Source: a bacterium (GTDB lineage: Bacteria > Electryoneota > B3-LCP). From it: a stretch of 64,000 nt of DNA. The notes below the pieces were generated by a model, which worked only from the letters and a program-made list of their open reading frames with translations, was not told where the DNA came from and searched no databases. Shown here in pieces: positions 46,684 through 55,357 of this stretch. Location: contig JAPKYS010000023.1 in NCBI GenBank assembly GCA_026394195.1, forward strand, positions 540,209 to 604,208, written 5' to 3'. The first letter of the stretch is position 1. Every line of letters begins with the position of its first letter. Both the position numbers and the translations under genes were made by a program.

Positions 46684-48035
46684 CTTCTACCTTTCTTCAT
46701 GCCCGTCAGCATGGCTTTCCAATCACCATCGAAGACTGCGATTGGAATTTGATGATCTTCGGTCAATCTTTCCGGGGTCCATTCGTCAAGCATTATGCCA
46801 TCGTTATTCACGCAGTCAGGGGGAAGGTAGACGGCGTCGATCTCTTTGATGGAGCGCCCTTTGAGAAAAGTTTCCAGCGCGGCATGGACGTCGTTCCCGC
46901 CCAGCAACCCTGCCACCGTTACCGTTTCTCCCAACAGATGATTCGTCACAGGTAAAAGCTCAATTTCCAGATTTTGTATCCGCTTCTCGATATCCCGGGC
47001 AAGTGGTTTTAATACCGCTTCGGCTGACCTGCCGGTGACCCAGAGGATTCTTCGGGATGAAGGGAATTTCTGCGGTAATTTTTTTATCACTTCATAAGCC
47101 CGACTAAGCGTCCACCGCACCAGTCCAACACCATTTTCGATCTGCGGATAATCCTCATACTCCTGGTCCGCTGGAAAATCGCGTCCGGCTAACAACAACA
47201 GTTCATCGGCGGGGAATATCCAGCGGCTTCCTTTCTCTCGCAGCATTCTATCTTGAAACTGGTCTATCAAAGCAAGCGTTTTCACGGCATCATCGCGCCG
47301 GAGCAAATGCAATTCGTATAACCCCATCCGAAACTGAGTCAATCCCACAGGAACGATAGAAAGCGAAGCTAACCCCGGGTACAACAACGCCAATTGGCTC
47401 ATCGAATTTCGCAACGCCTCACCGTCGTTGATACCTGGAACCAGCACGATTTGTCCGTGGATCATGATCCCGCCGGAAATCAGTTCCTGCAATTGGGGAA
47501 GAATGGGCGCTGATTTGAAACCGAGTAGTCTTCCGCGAATGATTGGATCAGCAGCATGGATGGATACGTAAAGGGGCGATAGGCGTAGACGAAAAATGCG
47601 TTCAAGGATATGGGAGTTTAAACCGATCAATGTCAAGTAATTACCGAACAGGAAGGAAAAGCGGTAATCCTCATCTTTAATGTACAGCGGAGGGCGCAGC
47701 CCCGCAGGAAGTTGACTGACAAAACAGAAAGCACAATTACAGCGGCAGCGCAGAACCTTTAGAGGTTCAAAGGTCCAGCCGGGATTTTTTCCGGGTTCTG
47801 CGAGCAGCCAGAGTTCAAAAGTCGCGTCTTGCCGCCGGATTTCCAGATCGGCTTGCTCGCCGTTAAAATAAAATTGCAAGTCAAGAAGGTCTTCGATGGG
47901 ATGACCGTCGATCTTGACCAGGCAATCGCCGGCTCTGAGTCCGGCACGATCTGCGCTGGAATTCTTTCTGACTGCTTTTAATACCGCCCCAACCGCGGTG
48001 TCATGATTGGCTATGGATGAATCTTGCGCTGTCAC
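46680..48035 (-). CDS. DUF512 protein (PDZ + radical-SAM-like Cys cluster)
   Basis: N-terminal PDZ-like GLRAGDCLVKIDG and Cys cluster CRCNCAFCFVSQLP. Has a 4-nt overlap with der, a frequent pairing to my knowledge. Confidence 0.78.
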   Translation of the reverse strand: MTAQDSSIANHDTAVGAVLKAVRKNSSADRAGLRAGDCLVKIDGHPIEDLLDLQFYFNGEQADLEIRRQDATFELWLLAEPGKNPGWTFEPLKVLRCRCNCAFCFVSQLPAGLRPPLYIKDEDYRFSFLFGNYLTLIGLNSHILERIFRLRLSPLYVSIHAADPIIRGRLLGFKSAPILPQLQELISGGIMIHGQIVLVPGINDGEALRNSMSQLALLYPGLASLSIVPVGLTQFRMGLYELHLLRRDDAVKTLALIDQFQDRMLREKGSRWIFPADELLLLAGRDFPADQEYEDYPQIENGVGLVRWTLSRAYEVIKKLPQKFPSSRRILWVTGRSAEAVLKPLARDIEKRIQNLEIELLPVTNHLLGETVTVAGLLGGNDVHAALETFLKGRSIKEIDAVYLPPDCVNNDGIMLDEWTPERLTEDHQIPIAVFDGDWKAMLTGMKKGRR

Positions 48036-48060
48036 AGAATGCAGAACCTATAAGAGTAAA

Positions 48061-48082
48061 CCCCCGACGACGGGGTCGGGGG
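48061..48082 (-). terminator. GC-rich hairpin just 3' of tRNA-Gly
   Basis: cccccgac-gacggg-gtcggggg is an 8-bp stem. On the minus strand it is followed by TTTACTCTT, a weak T tract. Confidence 0.35.
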
Positions 48083-48086
48083 CCGG

Positions 48087-48159
48087 AGCGGCTGACGGGG
48101 CTCGAACCCGCAACATCCAGCTTGGGAAGCTGACACGCTACCAATTGCGTTACAGCCGC
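48087..48159 (-). tRNA. tRNA-Gly (anticodon CCC)
   Basis: Folded by hand. Acceptor GCGGCTG/CAGCCGC, D arm ACGC-AATTGGTA-GCGT, anticodon arm TCAGC-TTCCCAA-GCTGG, 5-nt variable loop, T arm GCGGG-TTCGAGC-CCCGT, discriminator U. It is 73 nt with no encoded CCA. Confidence 0.9.
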
Positions 48160-48240
48160 ATTTGGATACATCATGGGAAGAGATTCTATTCGTCGGTGGT
48201 GCGCCCCCCGGTAAGCGTAATGATCCTAACCGTCCTCACC

Positions 48241-49122
48241 TTACAGAGTGATCAGTTCACCTTCCATGGGAGTAAGAATTTCCAGTTTGCTTTTGAGAGC
48301 TTCCACTCGCTTGCGGCACCCATCGGCAAGAATGTCGATTTGGTTATCCGTGCGCATGGGTTGATGATGGAAGAGAACCAGCTTTTGCGCCATGGTTGAC
48401 ATCGCCAGTTTCAGCGCTTCAGCCACCGAGCTGTGCCCCTTGGTGACATTCTCGGAAGTCATTTCCTCATCAGAATATGCCGCGTCGGAAATCAGCAAGT
48501 TGGCAGAACGAGCAAAATGGACGTTCTCACGATCAATGCGCGCCAGGAACGTATCATCTTCCTGATCGCGCACCAGCGGTTTGTTGGTGATGCGGTAAGG
48601 CTCGTTGTCCGGCATATACACCAAGACCTTGCCTTCATGCTCGACCCGGAAACCGATGGTCAAACCCGGATGATTCAGATAGTGATAGCCAACGACTACA
48701 TCGCCGATTTCGGTCTTCTCTTTCAACTCCTGAAAGATGATCTCGCAAGAAGGCTTACCCAAGGGAACGGGAAAATATTCTCCGGCTTCAGCGCCCTGAA
48801 AAAGGCTGAGTATCTGTTTTTCAGTCCCTGCAACACCGTACACCGTAATCTTGCCGGGAGACTGATACACCGGCGTGAAAAATGGGAGACCCATGATATG
48901 ATCCCAGTGCACATGGGATAAGAAGAGGTGAGCATCCAATCCACCGTTCTCCGCTTCAGCCATCAGCGAGAGACCCAGGTTGAACATGCCTGATCCTGCA
49001 TCCAAAATGATCAAGGTCTTGCCGCAGCGAACCTCGACACAGGCGGTATTTCCACCATAACGGCTGGTTCCCGCTCCAAAAACGGGTAGACCGCCACGCA
49101 TTCCCCAGATACGGACTTCCAT
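48241..49122 (-). CDS. MBL-fold metallo-hydrolase
   Basis: LSHVHWDHIMG (HxHxDH) and a downstream conserved His/Asp pattern. Confidence 0.8.
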   Translation of the reverse strand: MEVRIWGMRGGLPVFGAGTSRYGGNTACVEVRCGKTLIILDAGSGMFNLGLSLMAEAENGGLDAHLFLSHVHWDHIMGLPFFTPVYQSPGKITVYGVAGTEKQILSLFQGAEAGEYFPVPLGKPSCEIIFQELKEKTEIGDVVVGYHYLNHPGLTIGFRVEHEGKVLVYMPDNEPYRITNKPLVRDQEDDTFLARIDRENVHFARSANLLISDAAYSDEEMTSENVTKGHSSVAEALKLAMSTMAQKLVLFHHQPMRTDNQIDILADGCRKRVEALKSKLEILTPMEGELITL

Positions 49123-49131
49123 TGGTGATTC

Positions 49132-49494
49132 CTAATTTAATAACTGCCGGACTTTTTCCATCAGCTCGGTGATTTCGAAGGGTTTGGAAATAAACAGATC
49201 AGCGCCTTCCAGGCGAGCTTTTTCTGCGTCGCGCTTGTAAGATTTGGCGGTAAGCACGATGATCCTGGTCTGCGCACACTGCGGATTAGAGCGGATCCAT
49301 TCGATGAGTTGGAATCCGTGCATCTTGGGCATCATCAGGTCGCAAATGATCAAATCGAATGTCTCTTTGCTGATCCAGTTTTGCGCGGCTTTGCCATCAT
49401 AAGCTCGGCGAATGGTACGGTCATCCGCCCCGAGCGCATTGATGAGCAAATCCACGATGGTCTGATCATCATCAACGATGAGTATCTTTTTCAT
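49132..49494 (-). CDS. Single-domain response regulator (CheY-like receiver)
   Basis: KILIVDDD, DLIICDLMMPKMHG (phospho-acceptor Asp context) and LTAK...K. Confidence 0.9.
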   Translation of the reverse strand: MKKILIVDDDQTIVDLLINALGADDRTIRRAYDGKAAQNWISKETFDLIICDLMMPKMHGFQLIEWIRSNPQCAQTRIIVLTAKSYKRDAEKARLEGADLFISKPFEITELMEKVRQLLN

Positions 49495-49516
49495 ATGATT
49501 TATATGGCTGATTAGG

Positions 49517-49999
49517 CTAAAGGTTTCCTTTAATTGCAGTTAAAACGTTTTCCAATCCTTCGCAATCCTCATCTGCCCATGCGTCCAATTCGGTCGAATC
49601 CAGATCGAGAACCGCAATCAATCGGTCTTGCTGATCATAAACCGGCAGGACGATTTCGGAACGCGATCGGGAATCACAGGCGATATGGTCGGTAAAATCT
49701 TCAACGTCCGGCACTATAACCGGAAGCTCCTTTTCCGCGCAGAGCCCGCACACACCTTTCCCGAAGGGGATGCGCAGACAACCAAAGGTTCCCTGGTAAG
49801 GACCAACGACCAACTCATTGCCTTTATTCGGATCAACGCGGTAGAAGCCAACCCAATAGGCATGCGGCAGGTTGGTTTTCAGCACACAAGTTACACTCGA
49901 CAGCACCGCAATGAAATCTGTCTCGCCGCGAACCACTTCACGTACCTGTTGAAGACAGAGTTGGTACAGCTTCTCTTTATCTTCCGGGTTTGGTATCAC
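49517..49999 (-). CDS. GAF-domain protein, free methionine-(R)-sulfoxide reductase (fRMsr/YebR)-like
   Basis: WVGFY, FGKGVCG and DHIACDSRSRSEIVLPV match the fRMsr pattern. Confidence 0.78.
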   Translation of the reverse strand: MIPNPEDKEKLYQLCLQQVREVVRGETDFIAVLSSVTCVLKTNLPHAYWVGFYRVDPNKGNELVVGPYQGTFGCLRIPFGKGVCGLCAEKELPVIVPDVEDFTDHIACDSRSRSEIVLPVYDQQDRLIAVLDLDSTELDAWADEDCEGLENVLTAIKGNL

Positions 50000-50183
50000 A
50001 GCGATAGTCAGGCAGGAATGTAACGTATTGCTTCAAGTATTCTAAAATAATCACCCTAAGGCAAGATTGCAACAATTTTTACGGGAAAGTTCTGAGGTCG
50101 ACTCCGAAGTTACCGATACATAGATACCTTCCCATGAATTGACACTCGCTCGATGACGTCGCTAATCAGTACCTGGTTACTTT

Positions 50184-52784
50184 TTATTTCACCTCCGCCG
50201 TCCCGACATTTACCAGCGAATAATTCTTGATTCCCAGATATTTCCGGGCTGCTTTTTCCACCTCAGGCAGAGTGATCGCCTCTATTTTCTTGGGGAGATC
50301 ATAGAAGAATTGATACCCCAAGCCGACGGTCTCCCAGTATCCCATTTCCTGCGCCATCCCCAGGTTAGTCTGGTAGATCATCTTGTTCAGTGTAATTTCC
50401 TGTTGTTTCGCTGTGGCAAGCTCCTCTACCATGAAAGACTTATCGAGGAAAACACCCAGGTCATCTAAGATGCCTTCCCTGGCAATCGGGAAGTTCTTAT
50501 CGGAAACGCCCATCTCGAAGTAGAAACGGCTCTGCCCTATTCGGGGAAACATACGCGTCCACATGCGGTAAGCAATCCCTTTATCATAGATGTATTTGTA
50601 GAATAACCGGGTCGAAAGGAGTCGCTTGGTCAACACCATGGGCAGATAATCGGGATGAGCAACGCCAACCGACAGGAAGGAGATATCGAAGGTATTCTGA
50701 TCCTTCTTCTTGTAAATCAAACGAGCCTTTACGGCTTCCAGAGATTTATCATTGACTAGTTCAATGGCGGGTGGATCAATCTTGGGCAAATTATCCCAAC
50801 GATCTTTCAAGTTCTGATTCATGAGGTGACCCGCTTCATCGCCGACGGTTACCACCACGATATTGCCGGGGACAAAAGCTCTGCGGTAGTAAGCCTTCAC
50901 GTCCTCCAGAGTCAATTTTTTGACCGATTCCTCTGTCCCCACCACCAGATTGCGATAGGGGCTTTTCTGATAGAGATCTTTAAGGGCTTCGCGATGGGTG
51001 TATTCCCAGGGTTGATCTTCCACGGATTTCGCTGCCTGAATTTGATCCTCCTTGGCTTTCTTGAACTCATCCGGCGAGAAGGTTGGGTGGAAGAGCATCT
51101 GATCGATCAGATTAAGGCTCTCGTCCAGATTCTTTCCTAACCCTCGCATACCAATCTGCAGATAATCTTCCGAAGCGTAGTTCCAGAGATCGATGCTGAG
51201 CTTTTCTTTTTGAGCTAAAAGATCCGCTCGGGTATATTTTTCCGTTCCTTTATCCAGCATTTCCGCCGTTAGATAGGCGACACCCTCCTTCCCCTTCGGT
51301 TCCAGCCACTGACCACCCTTGATGAAAATTGCCATCGATACCGTGTGCGATGCTCCACCGAATTTGGATACCAGTGTCATGCCGTTGGAAAGAACCATTT
51401 TTTGAGGGTCAGAATTGACAACTTCAATTTGGATTTCATCTGTTTTTTTGCCCGTATATTCTTTGGCAATGGCGGAGTAGTCTCGAATCGGCTTGCCTCG
51501 GGGTTCAATCAGAGATAGATTTGCCTGGGTGGCATCCAGGTAAAAATAGGGTACGTTGAGTACCTCCCAGCGTTCGACGGATTTGATCAGGTGTTGATAC
51601 TGATCCGCCAGAACAGCAGCCTGACTGATGGCAAAGTGACAGAGTGTTTCCGCCTGTCCTCGGTAGGTTTCATTGGCGAGAATGTCATCAGTGATCAGCT
51701 TCTTTTTGGCTGACGCAATTTCTTCATCACCGGGAGGATCTTTCTTCAAAGCATTGATGGTGGCAAAGACCTTGCGAACAGCGGCTTCTTCTTTATCGGG
51801 TTCGCACTGCAAACCGATATACAACAATGATTGATCGCGCAGAAAATCAACGTAACAGTAATAGCTTGACACGAGGTTTTCATCGATTTTCAGAGCTTTT
51901 TCCAAGCGAGAATTAGCGCCGCCGCCGAGAATCTGGGTCAGGACGCGAATGGCGGGCATGTCCTGCGACGTCATCGGCGGAATATGATAGCCGAAGAGTA
52001 CGTAGCTGGATGAAACGTCCAGCGAGTCGGCTATCTGGTGAAATTCCTGCTGTTTGGGTTCAACAATGCCTTGTTCGAAGCTGATACGACCCGGAGGATA
52101 GTGACCGAACTGTTCTTTGATCTGAGCAATCAGTTCATCGGTTTTGAAATCGCCGACCAGTACCATGACGATCTGATTGGGAACGTAACGCTCCTGGTAA
52201 AATGTCTTCAATTTATTCAGATCAGCCGTTTTAATCACCTCCGGCAGTCCAATTGTGGTCGGATAGTAAGGATGCTTAGAAAAAGCGATTTTAAAGAGGT
52301 TTTCAAACGCCAGGCCATCCGGGTTGTCCGCCACGCTCATATTGTACTCTTCCATCACAATGGTGCGCTCCTTCATGATGGAAGCCTCATTGGGCTTCAG
52401 GTCCAACATGAAGTCAGCCAGCCGCCAGATAGCTTCGGGAAAATTCTCTTTGGGAACGGTAAAGCCGTACGCCGTACCGTCGTCGTAAGTATAAATATGC
52501 TCTTCCCCGATGACCGCCATGCGGCGGCGAAATTCGGTTTCACCCTGCTTGGCTGATCCACCGCGAGCGATCAGGTGCTCATAGAAGTGCGACAACCCCG
52601 CGATATCCGGAGTTTCGGTGCGGCTGCCGCCATCCACGATAGAGAACAGCGAGATCAGCGGGCGCTGGTGATCTTCGCGAGTGTAGATGCGCAGACCGTT
52701 ATCCAGGATGGTGAGCTGAGTATCTACTGCAACGGCCCTGCCAGCAAGGAGCAGTAGGGTGAAGAGAAGGGTGATAATTTTCAT
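50184..52784 (-). CDS. Secreted M16 (pitrilysin/insulinase) family zinc peptidase, fused active + inactive halves
   Basis: Signal peptide, inverted zinc motif HFYEH in the N-terminal half, and a second M16-like half without the motif. Confidence 0.85.
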   Translation of the reverse strand: MKIITLLFTLLLLAGRAVAVDTQLTILDNGLRIYTREDHQRPLISLFSIVDGGSRTETPDIAGLSHFYEHLIARGGSAKQGETEFRRRMAVIGEEHIYTYDDGTAYGFTVPKENFPEAIWRLADFMLDLKPNEASIMKERTIVMEEYNMSVADNPDGLAFENLFKIAFSKHPYYPTTIGLPEVIKTADLNKLKTFYQERYVPNQIVMVLVGDFKTDELIAQIKEQFGHYPPGRISFEQGIVEPKQQEFHQIADSLDVSSSYVLFGYHIPPMTSQDMPAIRVLTQILGGGANSRLEKALKIDENLVSSYYCYVDFLRDQSLLYIGLQCEPDKEEAAVRKVFATINALKKDPPGDEEIASAKKKLITDDILANETYRGQAETLCHFAISQAAVLADQYQHLIKSVERWEVLNVPYFYLDATQANLSLIEPRGKPIRDYSAIAKEYTGKKTDEIQIEVVNSDPQKMVLSNGMTLVSKFGGASHTVSMAIFIKGGQWLEPKGKEGVAYLTAEMLDKGTEKYTRADLLAQKEKLSIDLWNYASEDYLQIGMRGLGKNLDESLNLIDQMLFHPTFSPDEFKKAKEDQIQAAKSVEDQPWEYTHREALKDLYQKSPYRNLVVGTEESVKKLTLEDVKAYYRRAFVPGNIVVVTVGDEAGHLMNQNLKDRWDNLPKIDPPAIELVNDKSLEAVKARLIYKKKDQNTFDISFLSVGVAHPDYLPMVLTKRLLSTRLFYKYIYDKGIAYRMWTRMFPRIGQSRFYFEMGVSDKNFPIAREGILDDLGVFLDKSFMVEELATAKQQEITLNKMIYQTNLGMAQEMGYWETVGLGYQFFYDLPKKIEAITLPEVEKAARKYLGIKNYSLVNVGTAEVK

Positions 52785-52800
52785 GGGAGGCTCAGTTTTT

Positions 52801-52840
52801 TCAGTGCCTTCAGTGTAATCAGTGGTTCAGACAGTTTTTT
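52801..52840 (+). repeat. 40-nt repeat unit, copy A (tcagtgccttcagtgtaatcagtggttcagacagtttttt)
   Basis: Read directly; 37/40 identical to copy C1. It lies 17 nt upstream of the M16 start codon. Confidence 0.8.
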
Positions 52841-52988
52841 AGTAATCTAAGGTTCAGGTGGTTCATTCGAGCACATTATCAGAATTGAACTTTATCCCAG
52901 CGGCTTTCAATTCTTTGCTTAGTTGGTTTTGTTTCCCTCTGATCCATTTTCTCTTCCTAACTAATTGATAATATTTTGTTTTTAAATT

Positions 52989-53020
52989 GTCTGAACCACT
53001 GATTACACTGATGACACTGA
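52989..53020 (-). repeat. Repeat copy B, inverted orientation
   Basis: The reverse complement tcagtgtcatcagtgtaatcagtggttcagac is 31/32 identical to 53479-53510. Confidence 0.8.
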
Positions 53021-53067
53021 TTTCGCTGATAATATTCTGTCGGTGTTAATTGCTCAGAATCTGGGTT

Positions 53068-53472
53068 TTATTTGATATCGTTGATGAACCTTTTGATTAT
53101 AACCTGCTCGCCGCCAAAATTGATTAATAATCCGATTTCCAATTTGAAGGCTTCCAGATAGTTGATTATTTGCGCAAAATGTGCGTTATCCAAGGCGCTG
53201 ATCGCTTTCAGCTCGACCAAAACACGATCTTCAACAATGAAATCGGCTCGACGAGTCCCTACATCCTGTCCCTTGTAGTGGATTGGGATTTCGGCTTCTC
53301 GCCGAAAATGCAGCCCAGTAGCCTCCATTTCAATTGCCAAGCACCGCTGATAAATCACCTCCTGAAATCCACATCCCAACTCGTTGTGCACTTTGATGGC
53401 GCACCCGATGATCTTGCCGGTAATGTCAGAGTATTTGTACTTGGTGTTCACGTTTGATTCGGGATGATTCAT
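53068..53472 (-). CDS. GxxExxY protein (PD-(D/E)XK-like fold)
   Basis: GCGFQEVIY (the GxxExxY motif) and ADFIVEDRVLVELKA (D...ExK). Confidence 0.88.
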   Translation of the reverse strand: MNHPESNVNTKYKYSDITGKIIGCAIKVHNELGCGFQEVIYQRCLAIEMEATGLHFRREAEIPIHYKGQDVGTRRADFIVEDRVLVELKAISALDNAHFAQIINYLEAFKLEIGLLINFGGEQVIIKRFINDIK

Positions 53473-53478
53473 TTTTTA

Positions 53479-53518
53479 TCAGTGTCATCAGTGTAATCCG
53501 TGGTTCAGACAGTTTTTT
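53479..53518 (+). repeat. 40-nt repeat unit, copy C1
   Basis: tcagtgtcatcagtgtaatccgtggttcagacagtttttt, read directly. Confidence 0.8.
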
Positions 53519-53554
53519 CAGTGCCTTCAGTGTAATCCGTGATTCAGCTTTTTT
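53518..53554 (+). repeat. Repeat unit, copy C2 (tandem to C1, more diverged)
   Basis: tcagtgccttcagtgtaatccgtgattcagctttttt. Confidence 0.75.
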
Positions 53555-53616
53555 AGGGTACTCCGCAATTTCTAAAAAAATAGGCGGGGAATTGCTCCCC
53601 CGCCTCAGGTATACTT

Positions 53617-54951
53617 TTACCCTTTCATCGCTTCGACCAGCCGATCCATCTCTTCTCGAGACCGTTTCTCGGTCACAGCGACCAGGAAGAGGTCGTTCCA
53701 GGCTTTATCAAAGCGTCCTAATTCGGGTCCGACCAGGAAACCCTGCTTGGTTAACTTTTGCAGCAATGCTTTTACATCGCCTTTATAACGAACGGGGAAT
53801 TCCTTGAAGAAGGGTTGATCGTAGGCGATGTCAAACCCGGGGATAGCCTTGATCTGATCTGCCAGATAGTGCGCCTTCTGCAGGCAGAGATCTGCCATTT
53901 GCTTTACGCCCTCTTCCCCCAACAATTCCAAGGTCACACAAGCGGCTAAAGCGCACAGAGACTGATTGGAGCAGATATTGGACGTTGCTTTGTCGCGGCG
54001 GATGTGCTGTTCACGTGTCTGCAGCGTCATCACGAAGCCGCGCCGACCCTCGTTGTCCTGTGTCACTCCGATCAAGCGTCCCGGCACCCGGCGAACCAAC
54101 GGTTGTTTGACTGCGAAAATACCAAGATAGGGACCTCCAAAGTTCACAGTATTGCCAAACCCCTGCCCTTCGCCGGTGACGACGTCAGCGCCAAGTTTCC
54201 CGGGCGCTTCCAGCAGCCCCAGCGAAACCGGATCGACTGAGACGCCCAGCAGACCGTCCGATTTGTGTGCGAGGTCTGCGAAAGCGCGGACGTTTTCCAC
54301 AAATCCTAAGAAATTGGGATTTTGAATCAGAATGCCGGCGCCGCTTTCCAGATAGGCCTGGCTGATATTAGAGTCAGTCACCCCATTCTTCAGGGGTAGC
54401 AGCTTTATTTCGATTCCGGAAGCGTGGGCGTAGGTCGCCAGGACTTCACGGTAATGTGGATGGATCCCCTGGCTGACCAGAATTTTGCTGCGTTCGGTCT
54501 GGTTGCAGGCGAGATACATCGCTTCTGCCAGCGCCGTGGCGCCGTCGTAATGCGAGGCATTCGCAACATCCATGCCGGTCAGTGCGCAGATCAGCGATTG
54601 GTATTCATAGATGGCCTGCAGCGTCCCCTGACTGACTTCAGCCTGGTAAGGGGTATACGCTGTATAGAATTCACTGCGGGAAAGGATGGCGTCCACCGCC
54701 GCAGGAATAAAATGATCGTATGCGCCTCCCCCCATGAAGGTGGTGTAGCACTCTTCGGAACGGTTGGCGTAGCTGATGCGCTTCAATTGCCCCATCGCTT
54801 CAGGTTCAGAGAGCCCTTTGGGGAGATTCAGTTTCTTTTTAAGCAGAATTTCCGGGGGAATGGTGGACAGAAGTTCGGAAAAATCCTTGATGCCGATTTT
54901 AAAGAACATCTCCGCCAGATCCCGATCGGTCTGCGGAAGGTAGTGGTCCAT
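53617..54951 (-). CDS. gcvPA: Glycine dehydrogenase (aminomethyl-transferring) subunit 1
   Basis: Full-length GcvPA-like protein (MDHYLPQTDRDLAEMF..., YTPYQAEVSQGTLQ). Confidence 0.92.
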   Translation of the reverse strand: MDHYLPQTDRDLAEMFFKIGIKDFSELLSTIPPEILLKKKLNLPKGLSEPEAMGQLKRISYANRSEECYTTFMGGGAYDHFIPAAVDAILSRSEFYTAYTPYQAEVSQGTLQAIYEYQSLICALTGMDVANASHYDGATALAEAMYLACNQTERSKILVSQGIHPHYREVLATYAHASGIEIKLLPLKNGVTDSNISQAYLESGAGILIQNPNFLGFVENVRAFADLAHKSDGLLGVSVDPVSLGLLEAPGKLGADVVTGEGQGFGNTVNFGGPYLGIFAVKQPLVRRVPGRLIGVTQDNEGRRGFVMTLQTREQHIRRDKATSNICSNQSLCALAACVTLELLGEEGVKQMADLCLQKAHYLADQIKAIPGFDIAYDQPFFKEFPVRYKGDVKALLQKLTKQGFLVGPELGRFDKAWNDLFLVAVTEKRSREEMDRLVEAMKG

Positions 54952-54955
54952 CGAT

Positions 54956-55339
54956 TTATTCCTTGCTGATGAGCTTGCCGTAATCTGCGGCGGAGAGAAG
55001 GTTTTTCTTCTCGCCGGGATCGGACATTTTTATTTTTACCATCCAGCCATCACCGAAGGGGCTGTTGTTGATTTTTTCGGGGGCGCTTTCCAGCGTCGAA
55101 TTGATTTCGCTGATTTTTCCGCTCATTGGCGCAAAAAGATCGCTGACCGCCTTGACGGCTTCAATCGTTCCGAAAGATTTGCCCTGGCTGACGTCGGCGC
55201 CCTTCTTGGGCAGCTCCACGAAAACGATATCTCCCAATTCACCCTGCGCATATTCGGTGATGCCTATGGTGACAGTATCGCCCTCGATTTTTGCCCACTC
55301 GTGATCTTTGGTGTACAGCAGATCTGCTGGTACGTTCAT
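54956..55339 (-). CDS. gcvH: Glycine cleavage system H protein
   Basis: YTKDHEWAKIEG and the lipoyl-lysine context TIEAVKAVSDLFAP. Confidence 0.93.
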   Translation of the reverse strand: MNVPADLLYTKDHEWAKIEGDTVTIGITEYAQGELGDIVFVELPKKGADVSQGKSFGTIEAVKAVSDLFAPMSGKISEINSTLESAPEKINNSPFGDGWMVKIKMSDPGEKKNLLSAADYGKLISKE

Positions 55340-55357
55340 GGTTACCTCCGTATGGTT

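Larger units (their letters stand above)
52989..53518. mobile_element. Possible inverted-repeat-bounded GxxExxY cassette (non-autonomous element or excisable RNA segment)
   Basis: 32-nt near-perfect inverted repeats bracket a single GxxExxY ORF. No transposase is present and no target-site duplication was identified. Confidence 0.3.

Noticed and set aside
52880-52960. 22-aa minus-strand mini-ORF (MDQRETKPTKQRIESRWDKVQF) between repeat copies A and B, possibly a remnant of an addiction-module-type gene
   Set aside because: It is too short, and the similarity is only an impression. It cannot be supported without a search.
52801-53554. Possible CRISPR array
   Set aside because: There are only four repeat copies in mixed orientation, with irregular spacing (about 150, 458 and 0 nt). 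One of the 'spacers' is a complete gene, and there are no cas genes.
53454-53807. 117-aa plus-strand ORF spanning the repeat block and the gcvPA 3' end
   Set aside because: Its N-terminus merely translates the TCAGTG repeats (ISVISVIRGSDSFFSAFSVIRDS), and the rest is antisense to gcvPA.
55340-55357. Glycine riboswitch upstream of gcvH
   Set aside because: The gap to accC is only 18 nt, which leaves no room for a riboswitch.
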